Virus record (IMG/VR): IMGVR_UViG_3300044911_002384
Length of the DNA stretch: 64,000 nt
Reading direction: 5' to 3' (one strand)
Origin: an uncultured virus (IMG/VR IMGVR_UViG_3300044911_002384)
Taxonomy: Duplodnaviria > Heunggongvirae > Uroviricota > Caudoviricetes
Shown here piece by piece: positions 20,410 through 29,783 of the stretch (its first letter is position 1; each line of letters begins with the position of its first letter). A program made the position numbers and the translations under genes. Under the pieces are notes generated by a model. That model worked only from the letters and a program-made list of their open reading frames with translations, made no database searches and was not told where the DNA came from.

Positions 20410-21278
20410 TGGATCTAAGTATCTTACAAAAAAAAATTGAAGAGGCGAAAGTCTCTCAATTTGATTATTCAAAATTAAACACTAGTTACACAAAACTAGG
20501 TCCTTCCTTGCATAAAAATGCAAGTTTTATTCAGGCTTCATGGTCACCCGAGATACCTATTTCTGAATCTTATCTAAAAAAAATAAAGTTATTAGAAGAA
20601 AAATATGAATCTATTTTTTGGTTACCTTTAGATATACCTAAAATTCAAATAAGCGATTGGAAACTTTTTTTAGAAATTTGGGAAAGAGAAAAAATACCTA
20701 TTGTTAAAAAAAACGATCCAGATTTTATTCAAGAATTTTACGGAATGCATATTGCATCTAACCCATTAATTGACTTTTACTGTCATGATTTGTACGATTC
20801 AAAAGGTAAGATGATAGAAAATCAAATTTCGGAAAAAAGCGGATTTACTCAAGGAAGAGACAATATAGGTTTATACACTAAAAAACTTTATAAAGATAGA
20901 TTTTTTAATTCTTTAGTTAGTAATATTATGGCAACTTTTCCTATTAGTGTTATTAATACTATATCTATATTCGAAGTTATGAATGATGTAGCACCTCATA
21001 GGGAGGAAACTTGGTACTGGAAATGTCCTACTGAATTTAGAATAAATCTTTATGATGAAAATAAAACCCCTGTATTTTACGTAACGGATATCGAAAGCGG
21101 TGAAACGAGATATATAGATCTACCTCAAGATACAAACAGTTTTTGTTGGAGTAATGGAACTAAATTATACGGGGGTGATTATCACGGAAAAAAGAATTTT
21201 CAAATAGTTGTTAACGCGATATGGGATACAGCAAAGTTAGATAATTTGCTAAGTACAAGTTTAAAAAAATACGGATAA
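20409..21278 (+). CDS. Paralog of preceding oxygenase-like protein
   Basis: Shared WLPLDIPKI, YWKCPT, YIDLPxDTNxFCWSNG, DYHGK; HRE instead of HRD. Confidence 0.5.
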   Translation: MDLSILQKKIEEAKVSQFDYSKLNTSYTKLGPSLHKNASFIQASWSPEIPISESYLKKIKLLEEKYESIFWLPLDIPKIQISDWKLFLEIWEREKIPIVKKNDPDFIQEFYGMHIASNPLIDFYCHDLYDSKGKMIENQISEKSGFTQGRDNIGLYTKKLYKDRFFNSLVSNIMATFPISVINTISIFEVMNDVAPHREETWYWKCPTEFRINLYDENKTPVFYVTDIESGETRYIDLPQDTNSFCWSNGTKLYGGDYHGKKNFQIVVNAIWDTAKLDNLLSTSLKKYG

Positions 21279-21279
21279 A

Positions 21280-21819
21280 ATGGAATACTGGAAATATTTA
21301 GAATTAGATAATGTAGAAAAGATTCAAGAAAAAACTTTAACGTTTATTCGAGAAAAAACAGATTTTATGGATAAATCTAAATATAAAGGTCCATATATTA
21401 ATTTGCCCTTTTTCGATTACAATAAGGATGTTCCAGAGCTTCAAGAAAGTTTTTTAAATTATGGGTTGTATGTCACTGGTATTCATATATTTTTAATGTG
21501 GAATAACACCGATTGTATTCCCCATAAAGATTATACAGATGCCATTGGTAGAGTGAATATCCCTATATTAAATTGTCAAGGATCTAAAACCATATTTTAT
21601 AAAAATTTAAAATCTAAAAGATTAATGTTGCCTACTAGGTCTCCATTTTATATGACTATAAACAAAGATTACGAAGAAGTTGGCGGAGTTGAAATAGATC
21701 GTCCTACTATTGTCAGAATAAGTGAAGGACATACCGTAGTAATGAATGATAAAAGTTTTCCTAGAATTACACTTACTGTTTCAACAATTCCTGATGTAGG
21801 ATTATTATTGGACGATTAA
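21280..21819 (+). CDS. Putative Fe(II)/2OG-type oxygenase
   Basis: PHKD, NIPILNC, GHTV, RITL. Confidence 0.55.
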   Translation: MEYWKYLELDNVEKIQEKTLTFIREKTDFMDKSKYKGPYINLPFFDYNKDVPELQESFLNYGLYVTGIHIFLMWNNTDCIPHKDYTDAIGRVNIPILNCQGSKTIFYKNLKSKRLMLPTRSPFYMTINKDYEEVGGVEIDRPTIVRISEGHTVVMNDKSFPRITLTVSTIPDVGLLLDD

Positions 21820-22139
21820 ATTTCGCTATCTTCCAAAGCAAAATCAATTCCGTATTGATTCGTTATAATTTCAAAGTAATTCCAAATAAATTCGTTCTCC
21901 TCCTTAGAGTAAAAATTATTAAATTCTTCTTTACTTTCAAAAATTACAGAACTATATAATATTGTTCCTTGAGGTTGTTCGACAAATTTAGTTTCCTTTC
22001 TTATAAATCCAGGAACTATATACAATGCATTTAGATAAGGTTCATACATCGAATGTGAACGTATATCTCGTATGAAATTCAATAACCGTTCTTTATCTGA
22101 TGCATCTCTTGACTTTAAAATTGCAGTTCTGCTAAACAT
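21816..22139 (-). CDS. Hypothetical protein
   Basis: 107-aa ORF with AGGA SD. Confidence 0.5.
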   Translation of the reverse strand: MFSRTAILKSRDASDKERLLNFIRDIRSHSMYEPYLNALYIVPGFIRKETKFVEQPQGTILYSSVIFESKEEFNNFYSKEENEFIWNYFEIITNQYGIDFALEDSEI

Positions 22140-22148
22140 AATTTTCCT

Positions 22149-22745
22149 TTAATCTTCAATTTTAAACGCTGTTCGGAATCCAATTCTTATAGGCCACGAC
22201 CTATTTAATATCATATTTTTTTGATAATCATATTTTGGAATAGAATTCGACTCTAATACATGTTCAGTTATATAGTGATATTTAGATAAATTATAATCTT
22301 TTTTGAAATTTTTAGAAAATCTAAGAAGTCTATCTATTCCTCCAATCGAACGTACACCCAAGTGTTCTGCATTATAAGCAAAATGCCATCTATTTAATTT
22401 TCTTTTATTTTCCATTTCGTCGAAAATAATTTGATCAATGTCTTTAAACATGTCGATCATTTCAGTATTATTAATTAAAAATCCTCTATTTTCGAATAAA
22501 TGGTGTGCCCAACACCATGCCGGTGCCGTAGAAAATTCTTTCAAGATTATTGCCCCTACTAGATTATTTTTGTTAAATATTCCAACATTAAAAAATAACT
22601 TATCGTTTAACATTGTTTCTGTAGACTGTATTAAGTAGTCTTGATACTGATGATCGGTATATCCGTTAAATACTTGAGGGTTTTTAACAAATAAATTTTT
22701 TAAAATACTTTGGTCTTCTTTTTGTAAAATTTTAATATTAAACAT
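22149..22745 (-). CDS. Hypothetical protein (possibly GNAT-like)
   Basis: VGIFNKNNLVGAI strand pattern; weak. Confidence 0.45.
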   Translation of the reverse strand: MFNIKILQKEDQSILKNLFVKNPQVFNGYTDHQYQDYLIQSTETMLNDKLFFNVGIFNKNNLVGAIILKEFSTAPAWCWAHHLFENRGFLINNTEMIDMFKDIDQIIFDEMENKRKLNRWHFAYNAEHLGVRSIGGIDRLLRFSKNFKKDYNLSKYHYITEHVLESNSIPKYDYQKNMILNRSWPIRIGFRTAFKIED

Positions 22746-22796
22746 GATAACTTACTTATCATGTTCAAAAAAAAAATAATTTAATTAGGAAAATGT

Positions 22797-23129
22797 ATGT
22801 ATATAAGAAGTTATAAGTTAGTATGTCAAGGTCAACCTAAAATGGATCGATTTCGAATAGTCACTACACAGGGGTTAAAATTCAATCAATTAATGAAAAA
22901 TTACAATGTTAAATTTCAAGGGTTTGTTGAAGCACGTGATGATCACTATGATAACGAACGTTGGGAAATTACCACTGTATGGGAATCAAAGTCAGATTGG
23001 GAAAAAGCTATGCAACATCCTATGCGAAAAATGTTCTGGTCTCGATTCGAAATGGAGGCGTTAAAGCATGATATTGATTTGACTATAACAGACAGTCTCG
23101 GTGAAACAATTAAACCTTTAGAAATTTAA
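22797..23129 (+). CDS. ABM-like dimeric alpha/beta barrel protein
   Basis: ITTVWESKSDWEKAMQHP pattern. Confidence 0.5.
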   Translation: MYIRSYKLVCQGQPKMDRFRIVTTQGLKFNQLMKNYNVKFQGFVEARDDHYDNERWEITTVWESKSDWEKAMQHPMRKMFWSRFEMEALKHDIDLTITDSLGETIKPLEI

Positions 23130-23139
23130 GGAATATGAT

Positions 23140-23535
23140 ATGGAAAAATTTATAAAAATACTGACAGTAACACAAACTGCTCCTGATATCGATGGCGAAA
23201 TTAATGTGATAAAAACTTTAGAGACATCTGTTGCATGGCACCAATTATATTACTGTCATCCTCATCCATCTAATTATATCGACAATGTTACAGTTAATTT
23301 AAGTGAAGATAAATCGTATGCCGAGTTTCACGCTGATCATAATTCTTTGGAAACATATAACGACTGGTTTAAAACATTTGGAGAAATTTCAGAAGAGTTA
23401 TATAAAGAATGTATCGATGAGTTAGAAACTGAAGGACTAATATTCGAAAGATTCTTTTCTGATGTAGATAATGCTCAATTAGAAGTGTTAGGCAATCATG
23501 CTCAACCTTTGAAAAATTTTATAAGCAAAATTTAA
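23140..23535 (+). CDS. Hypothetical acidic protein
   Basis: 131-aa ORF with AAGGA SD. Confidence 0.5.
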   Translation: MEKFIKILTVTQTAPDIDGEINVIKTLETSVAWHQLYYCHPHPSNYIDNVTVNLSEDKSYAEFHADHNSLETYNDWFKTFGEISEELYKECIDELETEGLIFERFFSDVDNAQLEVLGNHAQPLKNFISKI

Positions 23536-23538
23536 TAG

Positions 23539-24837
23539 ATGTTAAGAATTATCGATGTTCTTCAAGTTATTGTAAAATATAATCTTGAGGAACATCTATT
23601 TCAAAATTCAAATTTCAAATTACTTTCAATCGCAAAACTTTCTTTTAAGAATCTATTCGGCATAACAACTCCGCACGGAACTTTTGAATATCGATTACGT
23701 TGTGCGCTAGAGGAACTAGGACCAGTTTTTATCAAATTTGGACAAATGTTATCATCTAGACCTGATTTAATTCCTGCAAGTATTGTTAAAGAATTAAAAT
23801 TTCTTAGAGAGTCAGTAAAGCCTTTTTCTGAACATGATGTAGAAAAAATAATAGAATTAGAATTAAAAAACTCTACAGAAAACATATTTAAAAAGTTTGA
23901 TAAATCTCCTATTGCTGCGGGTAGTGTAGCGCAAGTTCATTATGCTGAACTACACACTGGTGAGTTAGTTGCGGTTAAAATATTAAGGCCTAAAATAGAA
24001 TGTATTATTAAAAAAGACATAAAGTTATTTAGAAATATTTTACAATTAATTTTTTTGTATAATAAAAATTTAAAAAAAATTAAGATAGAAAAAATTTTAG
24101 ATGAGTTATCAAATAGTTTAATGTTAGAACTAGATTTATTGATAGAATCTGATCATATGAAAAAGTTTGCATCTAATATGAAACATGTTTCATATGTATG
24201 TGTTCCTAAAGTATATGACAAATATAGTACAAAAACTATTTTAGTGATGGAAAGAATGTTTGGAATTCCTATTGATCAAAAACAACAACTTATTGATCAA
24301 GGTGTTGATGTTAGGATAGTAGTTCAACAAGGTGTCGAAGTAATGATGTTACAACTATTCCGAGACGGATTTTTTCATGCAGATCAACATCCCGGAAACT
24401 TATGGATTAAACCTGATGGATCTCGAATTTATTTAGATTTTGGAATAGTTGGGTCTATTACAGAGGCAGATAGAAAATCATTATTGCAAATTCTTTTCTT
24501 TTTATATTCTAAAAATAATAAAAAAACGATTGAAAAATTAATAGATGCCGGATGGTTAAACAAAAATCAAAACTTAGACCAATTAGAAGTCGATTTAATT
24601 GATATAGCACAGCTATTTGTTAATCGAAAACAAAAAGATTTTTCAATTGGTAATGTATTAAATAAATTTTTCAATTTAGTAGAAAATTATCAAGGCAATG
24701 TGCCTTATCAATTTACATTATTGGTAAAAACAATTTTAGTAACTGAAGGTATAGTAAAGCAACTAACACCTGATCTAAATATTCAAAGTATAGCAGAGCC
24801 GGTTCTTTTAAAGTTTTTTACTAAATCTTTTACTTAA
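23539..24837 (+). CDS. ubiB: UbiB/ABC1 atypical kinase
   Basis: LGPVFIKFGQMLSSRPD, AAGSVAQVH, VAVK, FFHADQHPGN, LDFG. Confidence 0.9.
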   Translation: MLRIIDVLQVIVKYNLEEHLFQNSNFKLLSIAKLSFKNLFGITTPHGTFEYRLRCALEELGPVFIKFGQMLSSRPDLIPASIVKELKFLRESVKPFSEHDVEKIIELELKNSTENIFKKFDKSPIAAGSVAQVHYAELHTGELVAVKILRPKIECIIKKDIKLFRNILQLIFLYNKNLKKIKIEKILDELSNSLMLELDLLIESDHMKKFASNMKHVSYVCVPKVYDKYSTKTILVMERMFGIPIDQKQQLIDQGVDVRIVVQQGVEVMMLQLFRDGFFHADQHPGNLWIKPDGSRIYLDFGIVGSITEADRKSLLQILFFLYSKNNKKTIEKLIDAGWLNKNQNLDQLEVDLIDIAQLFVNRKQKDFSIGNVLNKFFNLVENYQGNVPYQFTLLVKTILVTEGIVKQLTPDLNIQSIAEPVLLKFFTKSFT

Positions 24838-25587
24838 GAGAAATCCTATATAACCCTCTATATCTATTTCCCACCAACGATGTTGAAGTATCAATCGTCC
24901 AGGATGAGCATGATGATTATTGTGCCATCCGAACCCCATACCTAACCAACCTAACCATAAATTATTCGTAGTTGCATCGTCTGTAGAAAAATTTCTATAA
25001 CCTGATCTATGACACCAATAGTTAACTGCACCTAGTCTAAAAAAATCCACACAGTAGGCCAAACAGTACATCATGAAGTACACCGGATCAATCAAAACAA
25101 GTGTAAAACAAAATGTAAAAATTATTTTATAATGATGTCTATGAAAGAAAAGATAAAACGGGTCACGCAACATCTGTACAGCTAATTTTTTAGCATACTT
25201 GTCTTGTAAATATTCTTGTTCGTTATTTCCCTGAGGAAATGTCCAAGCATAGAATACGTAGAACCAACTGTTATACATTGGACTATGAGGATCGTTAACT
25301 TTATCTGCTCTAAGATGATGAGCTTTATGCTGTATGACCCAAAATGTCACTGGACCAATAGCGCCTAAAGTAGATAAAAATCCTAATAGCCATTTTACAG
25401 GTTTATAGGTTTCGAACTGACCATGAGCAAAATATCTATGTGCTGCTACACCATTGCCTACTACACCAATGACAAACCAAATTACTAAGAAACTGATCCA
25501 ATGATTAGGTAGTTCCCATATAGCAATTAGTCCCCATATATGAAAAGGTAGAAATACTACCCAAAAGTTAAATCCATATTTTTTCAT
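24808..25587 (-). CDS. Membrane fatty-acid desaturase
   Basis: HRYFAH, HKAHH, HNNHH. Confidence 0.9.
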   Translation of the reverse strand: MKKYGFNFWVVFLPFHIWGLIAIWELPNHWISFLVIWFVIGVVGNGVAAHRYFAHGQFETYKPVKWLLGFLSTLGAIGPVTFWVIQHKAHHLRADKVNDPHSPMYNSWFYVFYAWTFPQGNNEQEYLQDKYAKKLAVQMLRDPFYLFFHRHHYKIIFTFCFTLVLIDPVYFMMYCLAYCVDFFRLGAVNYWCHRSGYRNFSTDDATTNNLWLGWLGMGFGWHNNHHAHPGRLILQHRWWEIDIEGYIGFLLSKRFSKKL

Positions 25588-26342
25588 TGTTTAATCAATC
25601 TAATAATGTAAGCAGGTATATCAAACTCCCACCAACGTTCTTGATTGTTCCAAGCATATGGTTTAGCGTGATGTGTATTATGCCACCCTTCTCCTAATGT
25701 GATAAGATTGGCAATCCAACTATTACGGCTTTGATCTTTGACGTCCGGATAAGGTCTATAACCATGTCTATGTGCTATAACAATAATAGCACTAGTGCTG
25801 TGTAAGCAAAGACAAGCAGGTATAGCAAACACATATATTATCATTAATGGATCATAAGCAAATAAAATTGATATCCAAATTAGAATTACCAGCAAATATT
25901 TTTTGTGTAGTTCTCGTTGAAAGACATTTTCACGCATATCACGAACTAGTTTTAAATCTAATCTAGGCATATTCCATATACCGAACCATGCTCGAAAATT
26001 TCCCAGTATATAAGGACTATGAGGATCTCCAGGACGTTCTGCTGATCTATGATGCTGTCTATGTACAGCTACCCAAGCTAATGGACTACCTACCACAGTA
26101 ATAACACCTATAAGACTAAACAGTTGCTCCCAGAATCGATGTGTTTTAAAACTACGATGACTGAGTAGTCTATGGTAACCAATGTTAATACCAAGTACAC
26201 CTATGATCCAATAGGTTACTAAGGACACAAATAATAAACTATATTCAGCAATGTAGATAGCATATATTATACCTATTGTAGCAATTACATGATTAATTAC
26301 TTGTAGTGTTCTTACAGTTTGATTATGTGTCATTTTTATCAT
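25584..26342 (-). CDS. Membrane fatty-acid desaturase
   Basis: HRLLSH, HRQHH, GEGWHNTHH. Confidence 0.9.
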   Translation of the reverse strand: MIKMTHNQTVRTLQVINHVIATIGIIYAIYIAEYSLLFVSLVTYWIIGVLGINIGYHRLLSHRSFKTHRFWEQLFSLIGVITVVGSPLAWVAVHRQHHRSAERPGDPHSPYILGNFRAWFGIWNMPRLDLKLVRDMRENVFQRELHKKYLLVILIWISILFAYDPLMIIYVFAIPACLCLHSTSAIIVIAHRHGYRPYPDVKDQSRNSWIANLITLGEGWHNTHHAKPYAWNNQERWWEFDIPAYIIRLIKQ

Positions 26343-26892
26343 CTACAACTAGCCATCCTAATTTAAGTAAGTCATCTCGAATTTCTTCAGTGACAACGCC
26401 TTCAGACACAAACTTAGTACGAGCAGCCCATTCGCAGAAAGTCTCTTCATCTTTATCCCAACTGCCTGCAAGCCCTCCCATGCCACTACAGTACCAGTCA
26501 ATGTAGTCACCTTCTTGACGCATGTCAGCAATGATGCCTCCAGCATAGCGCCAACTAGCACTCCATGTCTCTTCTTTTAATACTGGCCACAAATCACGTT
26601 TTTGAAATTCATTATTACACATTGCTGCATATAAATTTTGAGCGTAATGTTCTTTATTGCGAACTTTTTCCAAAATCCAATCGCAAGTACGCAGATCATA
26701 TTCTAAGTTATTTTTTTGCCACTCAGGATTTGTTTCATTTTCCTCGGCTCGAATTCCCCAGCTATTATAAAACTCTAGCATAGTCTTGACATGTTCATCA
26801 TTTTCAGGAGTGCGACCTTTTTCAGCCCATCTTTCAAGGGACTTAGATTTTTGAAAACTATAACGATCAGGACTTTTACTTGGCTTGTTCAT
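26323..26892 (-). CDS. Hypothetical phage protein
   Basis: 189-aa ORF; YAQNLYAAMCNN, SWRYAGGIIA, YIDWYCSG. Confidence 0.65.
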   Translation of the reverse strand: MNKPSKSPDRYSFQKSKSLERWAEKGRTPENDEHVKTMLEFYNSWGIRAEENETNPEWQKNNLEYDLRTCDWILEKVRNKEHYAQNLYAAMCNNEFQKRDLWPVLKEETWSASWRYAGGIIADMRQEGDYIDWYCSGMGGLAGSWDKDEETFCEWAARTKFVSEGVVTEEIRDDLLKLGWLVVDDKNDT

Positions 26893-26920
26893 ATCTGTAC
26901 TTATCGAAATTAAAAAGGAA

Positions 26921-27125
26921 TGTGGGCATACAAGGCTGTTTTAGCGACCTAAAGCTTTGTACTATATTCACTAGCTAGGTGATCTCAACAACTTTTCGGA
27001 CTAATTGAAAAACTATCTGGACCCTCAGGAGTACCTGATATTCGCACGGGGATCAAACAACTGTACTACCGATTTCAACTAAGCCTATTCAGGTAACAGC
27101 ATCCGCTACAATGATTATGCCCACA
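26921..27125 (-). ncRNA. Candidate ~205-nt structured ncRNA
   Basis: Perfect 10-bp terminal stem TGTGGGCATA/TATGCCCACA, own promoter, downstream U-rich tract, no ORF. Confidence 0.6.
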
Positions 27126-27130
27126 ACTAT

Positions 27131-27159
27131 ATTTTACATTCAGTAGAATGTAAAGTCAA
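27131..27159 (-). promoter_or_regulatory. sigma70 promoter of candidate ncRNA
   Basis: TTGACT-N17-TAAAAT. Confidence 0.7.
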
Positions 27160-27161
27160 AA

Positions 27162-27185
27162 AAATAGGCACCGAAGTGCCTATTA
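27162..27185. terminator. Intrinsic terminator
   Basis: ATAGGCAC-cgaa-GTGCCTAT with A-tract (U-tract on minus strand, UUCG loop). Confidence 0.8.
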
Positions 27186-27782
27186 CATAGTTGGACCGTT
27201 GCCGTTTTTAAAACCAACTGTGCCACCTTCTGCTTCGATACGTTTGATTACGTCTTCGAATAATATAGGCGTGTAGTCAGTTTGTTCTACACAAACGCAA
27301 TGATAACGAGGATCGATTTCGTCACTGTACAGAACTTCACCTGTTTTAGCATTTATGCCACGTGCTTTTTTAACACGACCTGCATGTAAGTGTCCGTGTA
27401 TGTTTACACCAAAACGTCCTAAACTTGCTTCGTGTACAGGAATATGACTCAGTATCATTCCATTCATAACGTGGTAAGCACGAAGTTCTCGAAAATATTC
27501 GTTATATTCTGTATCACGAAAGATGTCGTGATTGCCTCGGATTAACACTTTATCTCCGTTTAATCGAGACAATGTAGATAACGCTTTACGGTTAATAACC
27601 ACATCACCTAAATGATAAACTTTATCGTTTGGGCGAACACGGTCGTTCCAACGGCGGATCATTTCTTCGTCCATTTCGCTAGGATCGTCCCAAGGACGAA
27701 GTTTAGTTCCGTCGTCGCGTAAGAATCGGCACACACCAGCATGACCAAAGTGCGTGTCGCTAACTAAAAATACTGCTGGCAT
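27183..27782 (-). CDS. Calcineurin-like phosphoesterase
   Basis: SDTHFGH, YHLGDV, RGNHD, SHIP, HGHLH. Confidence 0.9.
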   Translation of the reverse strand: MPAVFLVSDTHFGHAGVCRFLRDDGTKLRPWDDPSEMDEEMIRRWNDRVRPNDKVYHLGDVVINRKALSTLSRLNGDKVLIRGNHDIFRDTEYNEYFRELRAYHVMNGMILSHIPVHEASLGRFGVNIHGHLHAGRVKKARGINAKTGEVLYSDEIDPRYHCVCVEQTDYTPILFEDVIKRIEAEGGTVGFKNGNGPTM

Positions 27783-27807
27783 AGTGCCCTCCTTTCTTTA
27801 AAATTGT

Positions 27808-27836
27808 ATTATACTATCAATCGGATGTAATGTCAA
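27808..27836 (-). promoter_or_regulatory. sigma70 consensus promoter
   Basis: TTGACA-N17-TATAAT. Confidence 0.8.
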
Positions 27837-27842
27837 CCGTTG

Positions 27843-28448
27843 CTATACTGCTAGGTATTCTACGTCTGCTGCCAAAATAAATCTAAATTTGTTGCTCTGA
27901 ACTATTCCAGGTCTGTGCCAATAATCACTAGGGTATACTAACCAACTAAATTTTTCTGGTTTAACATAAAATTTTCCAGAGTTTTCTGGACCGTTAGGTG
28001 CAAACTCTGTGCCACAATAATTTAGATCAGTTACATCGTCAGGAATATCTAAATACCAAATTCCGCTTAATAATTTACTTTTTTCAGTGCTAGGATGCCA
28101 ATGATGATGCCAAAGATTGTTTCTATCTTCTGCACCTTCTAAGTTAGTCATGAAACTCCAAGCCTGCATATTAAAAACTTTGACTTCTCTTCCTAGATAC
28201 ATGAATACACTGAAAAGAAAACTCATTCTGTATTTTAACCAAACTTCTTCTGTTCGATTAAAAATATTTTCTTTAGTTTGATATTTTGGGCTGTTAGTAT
28301 AGTAGTTGCCGTTATCAATAATTTGTTTTACAATATTGCAAGCATTATCGTTATCTTGTTTGTTAATGACAGAACTGAAGTCGAACTTTTTAAAGATTTG
28401 ATTGCTATCTATTACAGTAGAATTTTTAGGTAGGATAATATTATTCAT
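27843..28448 (-). CDS. Putative 2OG-Fe(II) oxygenase
   Basis: WHHH, SGIWYL, GTEF, YPSDYWH, RFILA. Confidence 0.65.
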   Translation of the reverse strand: MNNIILPKNSTVIDSNQIFKKFDFSSVINKQDNDNACNIVKQIIDNGNYYTNSPKYQTKENIFNRTEEVWLKYRMSFLFSVFMYLGREVKVFNMQAWSFMTNLEGAEDRNNLWHHHWHPSTEKSKLLSGIWYLDIPDDVTDLNYCGTEFAPNGPENSGKFYVKPEKFSWLVYPSDYWHRPGIVQSNKFRFILAADVEYLAV

Positions 28449-28455
28449 ATATTAA

Positions 28456-28534
28456 TGGTCGGGGAAGAGGGATTCGAACTCTCGATCTCCTGCTCCCAAA
28501 GCAGGCGCTTTAAACCAGACTAAGCTACACCCCG
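28456..28534 (-). tRNA. tRNA-Pro(TGG)
   Basis: Cloverleaf, CCTGC-TTTGGGA-GCAGG, encoded CCA. Confidence 0.93.
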
Positions 28535-28539
28535 AAACT

Positions 28540-28615
28540 TGGAGCGGGTGATCAGGTTCGAACTGACGACATTCTGCTTGGAAGGCAGACGCTCTACCAA
28601 CTGAGCTACACCCGC
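28540..28615 (-). tRNA. tRNA-Gly(TCC)
   Basis: Cloverleaf, loop CTTCCAA, CCA. Confidence 0.95.
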
Positions 28616-28822
28616 ATGTGTTCTTGTTAGGCTACTAATCCTCATTAGCCCCTAACTGAGTTGTTACCCTGTCCCCTGACGTTCCTTATGGCTTGTGCCA
28701 GCTAAACCTACGATTTTTCTTGCACCCATGTAAGCGGGTTCTGAGGCGTCATCGTATGAGCCCTGGTATTTTGGTGACACCAACCACCCCCTTTAATAAC
28801 GCAGAAGGGACTGCGAGGTTCT
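28616..28822 (-). ncRNA. ~200-nt structured RNA between tRNAs (possibly manA-motif-like)
   Basis: GC-rich; CGCAG/CTGCG hairpin whose loop CCCTT can pair with downstream AAGGG; ACCC/GGGT; GTTAGG/CCTAAC; family guess from memory only. Confidence 0.5.
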
Positions 28823-28898
28823 TGGTGCTGGTCGCAGGACTCGAACCCGCCACCTACGGATTACAAATCCGTTGCTCTACCTGATGAGCTAGACCAGC
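28823..28898 (-). tRNA. tRNA-Thr(TGT)
   Basis: Cloverleaf, loop TTTGTAA, CCA. Confidence 0.95.
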
Positions 28899-28905
28899 GT
28901 AAACT

Positions 28906-29097
28906 TTATTCTACTACTGTTTCTTCAACTTTGTGTCCGTATTTAATTAAAGTATTAATGCGACGTTGAATTTTCATTTTGTGCTTAGGACGACAAGATC
29001 CGAGCAATTCATTTAATTGTTTAACATTCAAAGGACCAAGACGTGTTTTACCAGTCTTGGTTTTCATAGGATCACGTTTAAAACTTTTAGCTGCCAT
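28906..29097 (-). CDS. Small basic hypothetical protein
   Basis: 63 aa, GAGG SD. Confidence 0.55.
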   Translation of the reverse strand: MAAKSFKRDPMKTKTGKTRLGPLNVKQLNELLGSCRPKHKMKIQRRINTLIKYGHKVEETVVE

Positions 29098-29324
29098 TAT
29101 TCCTCATCCTTAAATTCTTCAAGCAATTTTGCCTGCCATTCTGATTCGGATAAGTTATGTAGTCCAGTACAATATCCGCTGGCACTACGACCACATCCGC
29201 AAGGGACTTGATTTTCTTCTATAGTACTCATATTTTTACCTTTATTAAAAATAGCATCCCAGTTTTTATCATAAGTCGATTGACTTACACTAAAAGGTCT
29301 AGGACGAGATCCTTTGCCTGCCAT
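29097..29324 (-). CDS. CDGSH-type 2Fe-2S domain protein
   Basis: CGCGRSASGYCTGLH. Confidence 0.65.
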   Translation of the reverse strand: MAGKGSRPRPFSVSQSTYDKNWDAIFNKGKNMSTIEENQVPCGCGRSASGYCTGLHNLSESEWQAKLLEEFKDEE

Positions 29325-29325
29325 T

Positions 29326-29523
29326 TTATTCTGCTGTCCCAGTGTTACGATCTGCTTTACTAGCCTTAGGCCTGATAGCTGCTGCTAGTTCTGCTTGAAT
29401 CATTGCACGTTTAAATTCGTAACTACGAGGAGGCAACATGCTGGCCATTATCATTTTACTAGACTTACTTAGTTTAAAATTACCTTTAGCTTTCATTTTT
29501 ACGATTCTCCGGAATAAATTCAT
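29326..29523 (-). CDS. Small basic hypothetical protein
   Basis: FKLSKSSK...FKRAMIQA; start uncertain. Confidence 0.5.
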   Translation of the reverse strand: MNLFRRIVKMKAKGNFKLSKSSKMIMASMLPPRSYEFKRAMIQAELAAAIRPKASKADRNTGTAE

Positions 29524-29683
29524 TCATTGCTACAACTAGCCATCCAGTAAATCCAGTAACATAGGCACTGAACATGTTTGGATTATCAAAATTAGTTCCC
29601 ATACCAATAGCAGTAAAAACTACTATTAATACAGGAGTCCACTTCTTTAAGAATAATAGCATTTGCTTCTTTCAAAAAAAAAT

Positions 29684-29775
29684 TGGCGGAGATAGTTGGA
29701 TTCGAACCAACGGTAGAGTTTAATCCCTACGACAGTTTAGCAAACTGCTGCCTTAAGCCTCTCGGCCATATCTCC
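29684..29775 (-). tRNA. tRNA-Ser(GCT)
   Basis: Long variable arm, loop TTGCTAA, G73, CCA. Confidence 0.95.
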
Positions 29776-29783
29776 GTAAAACT

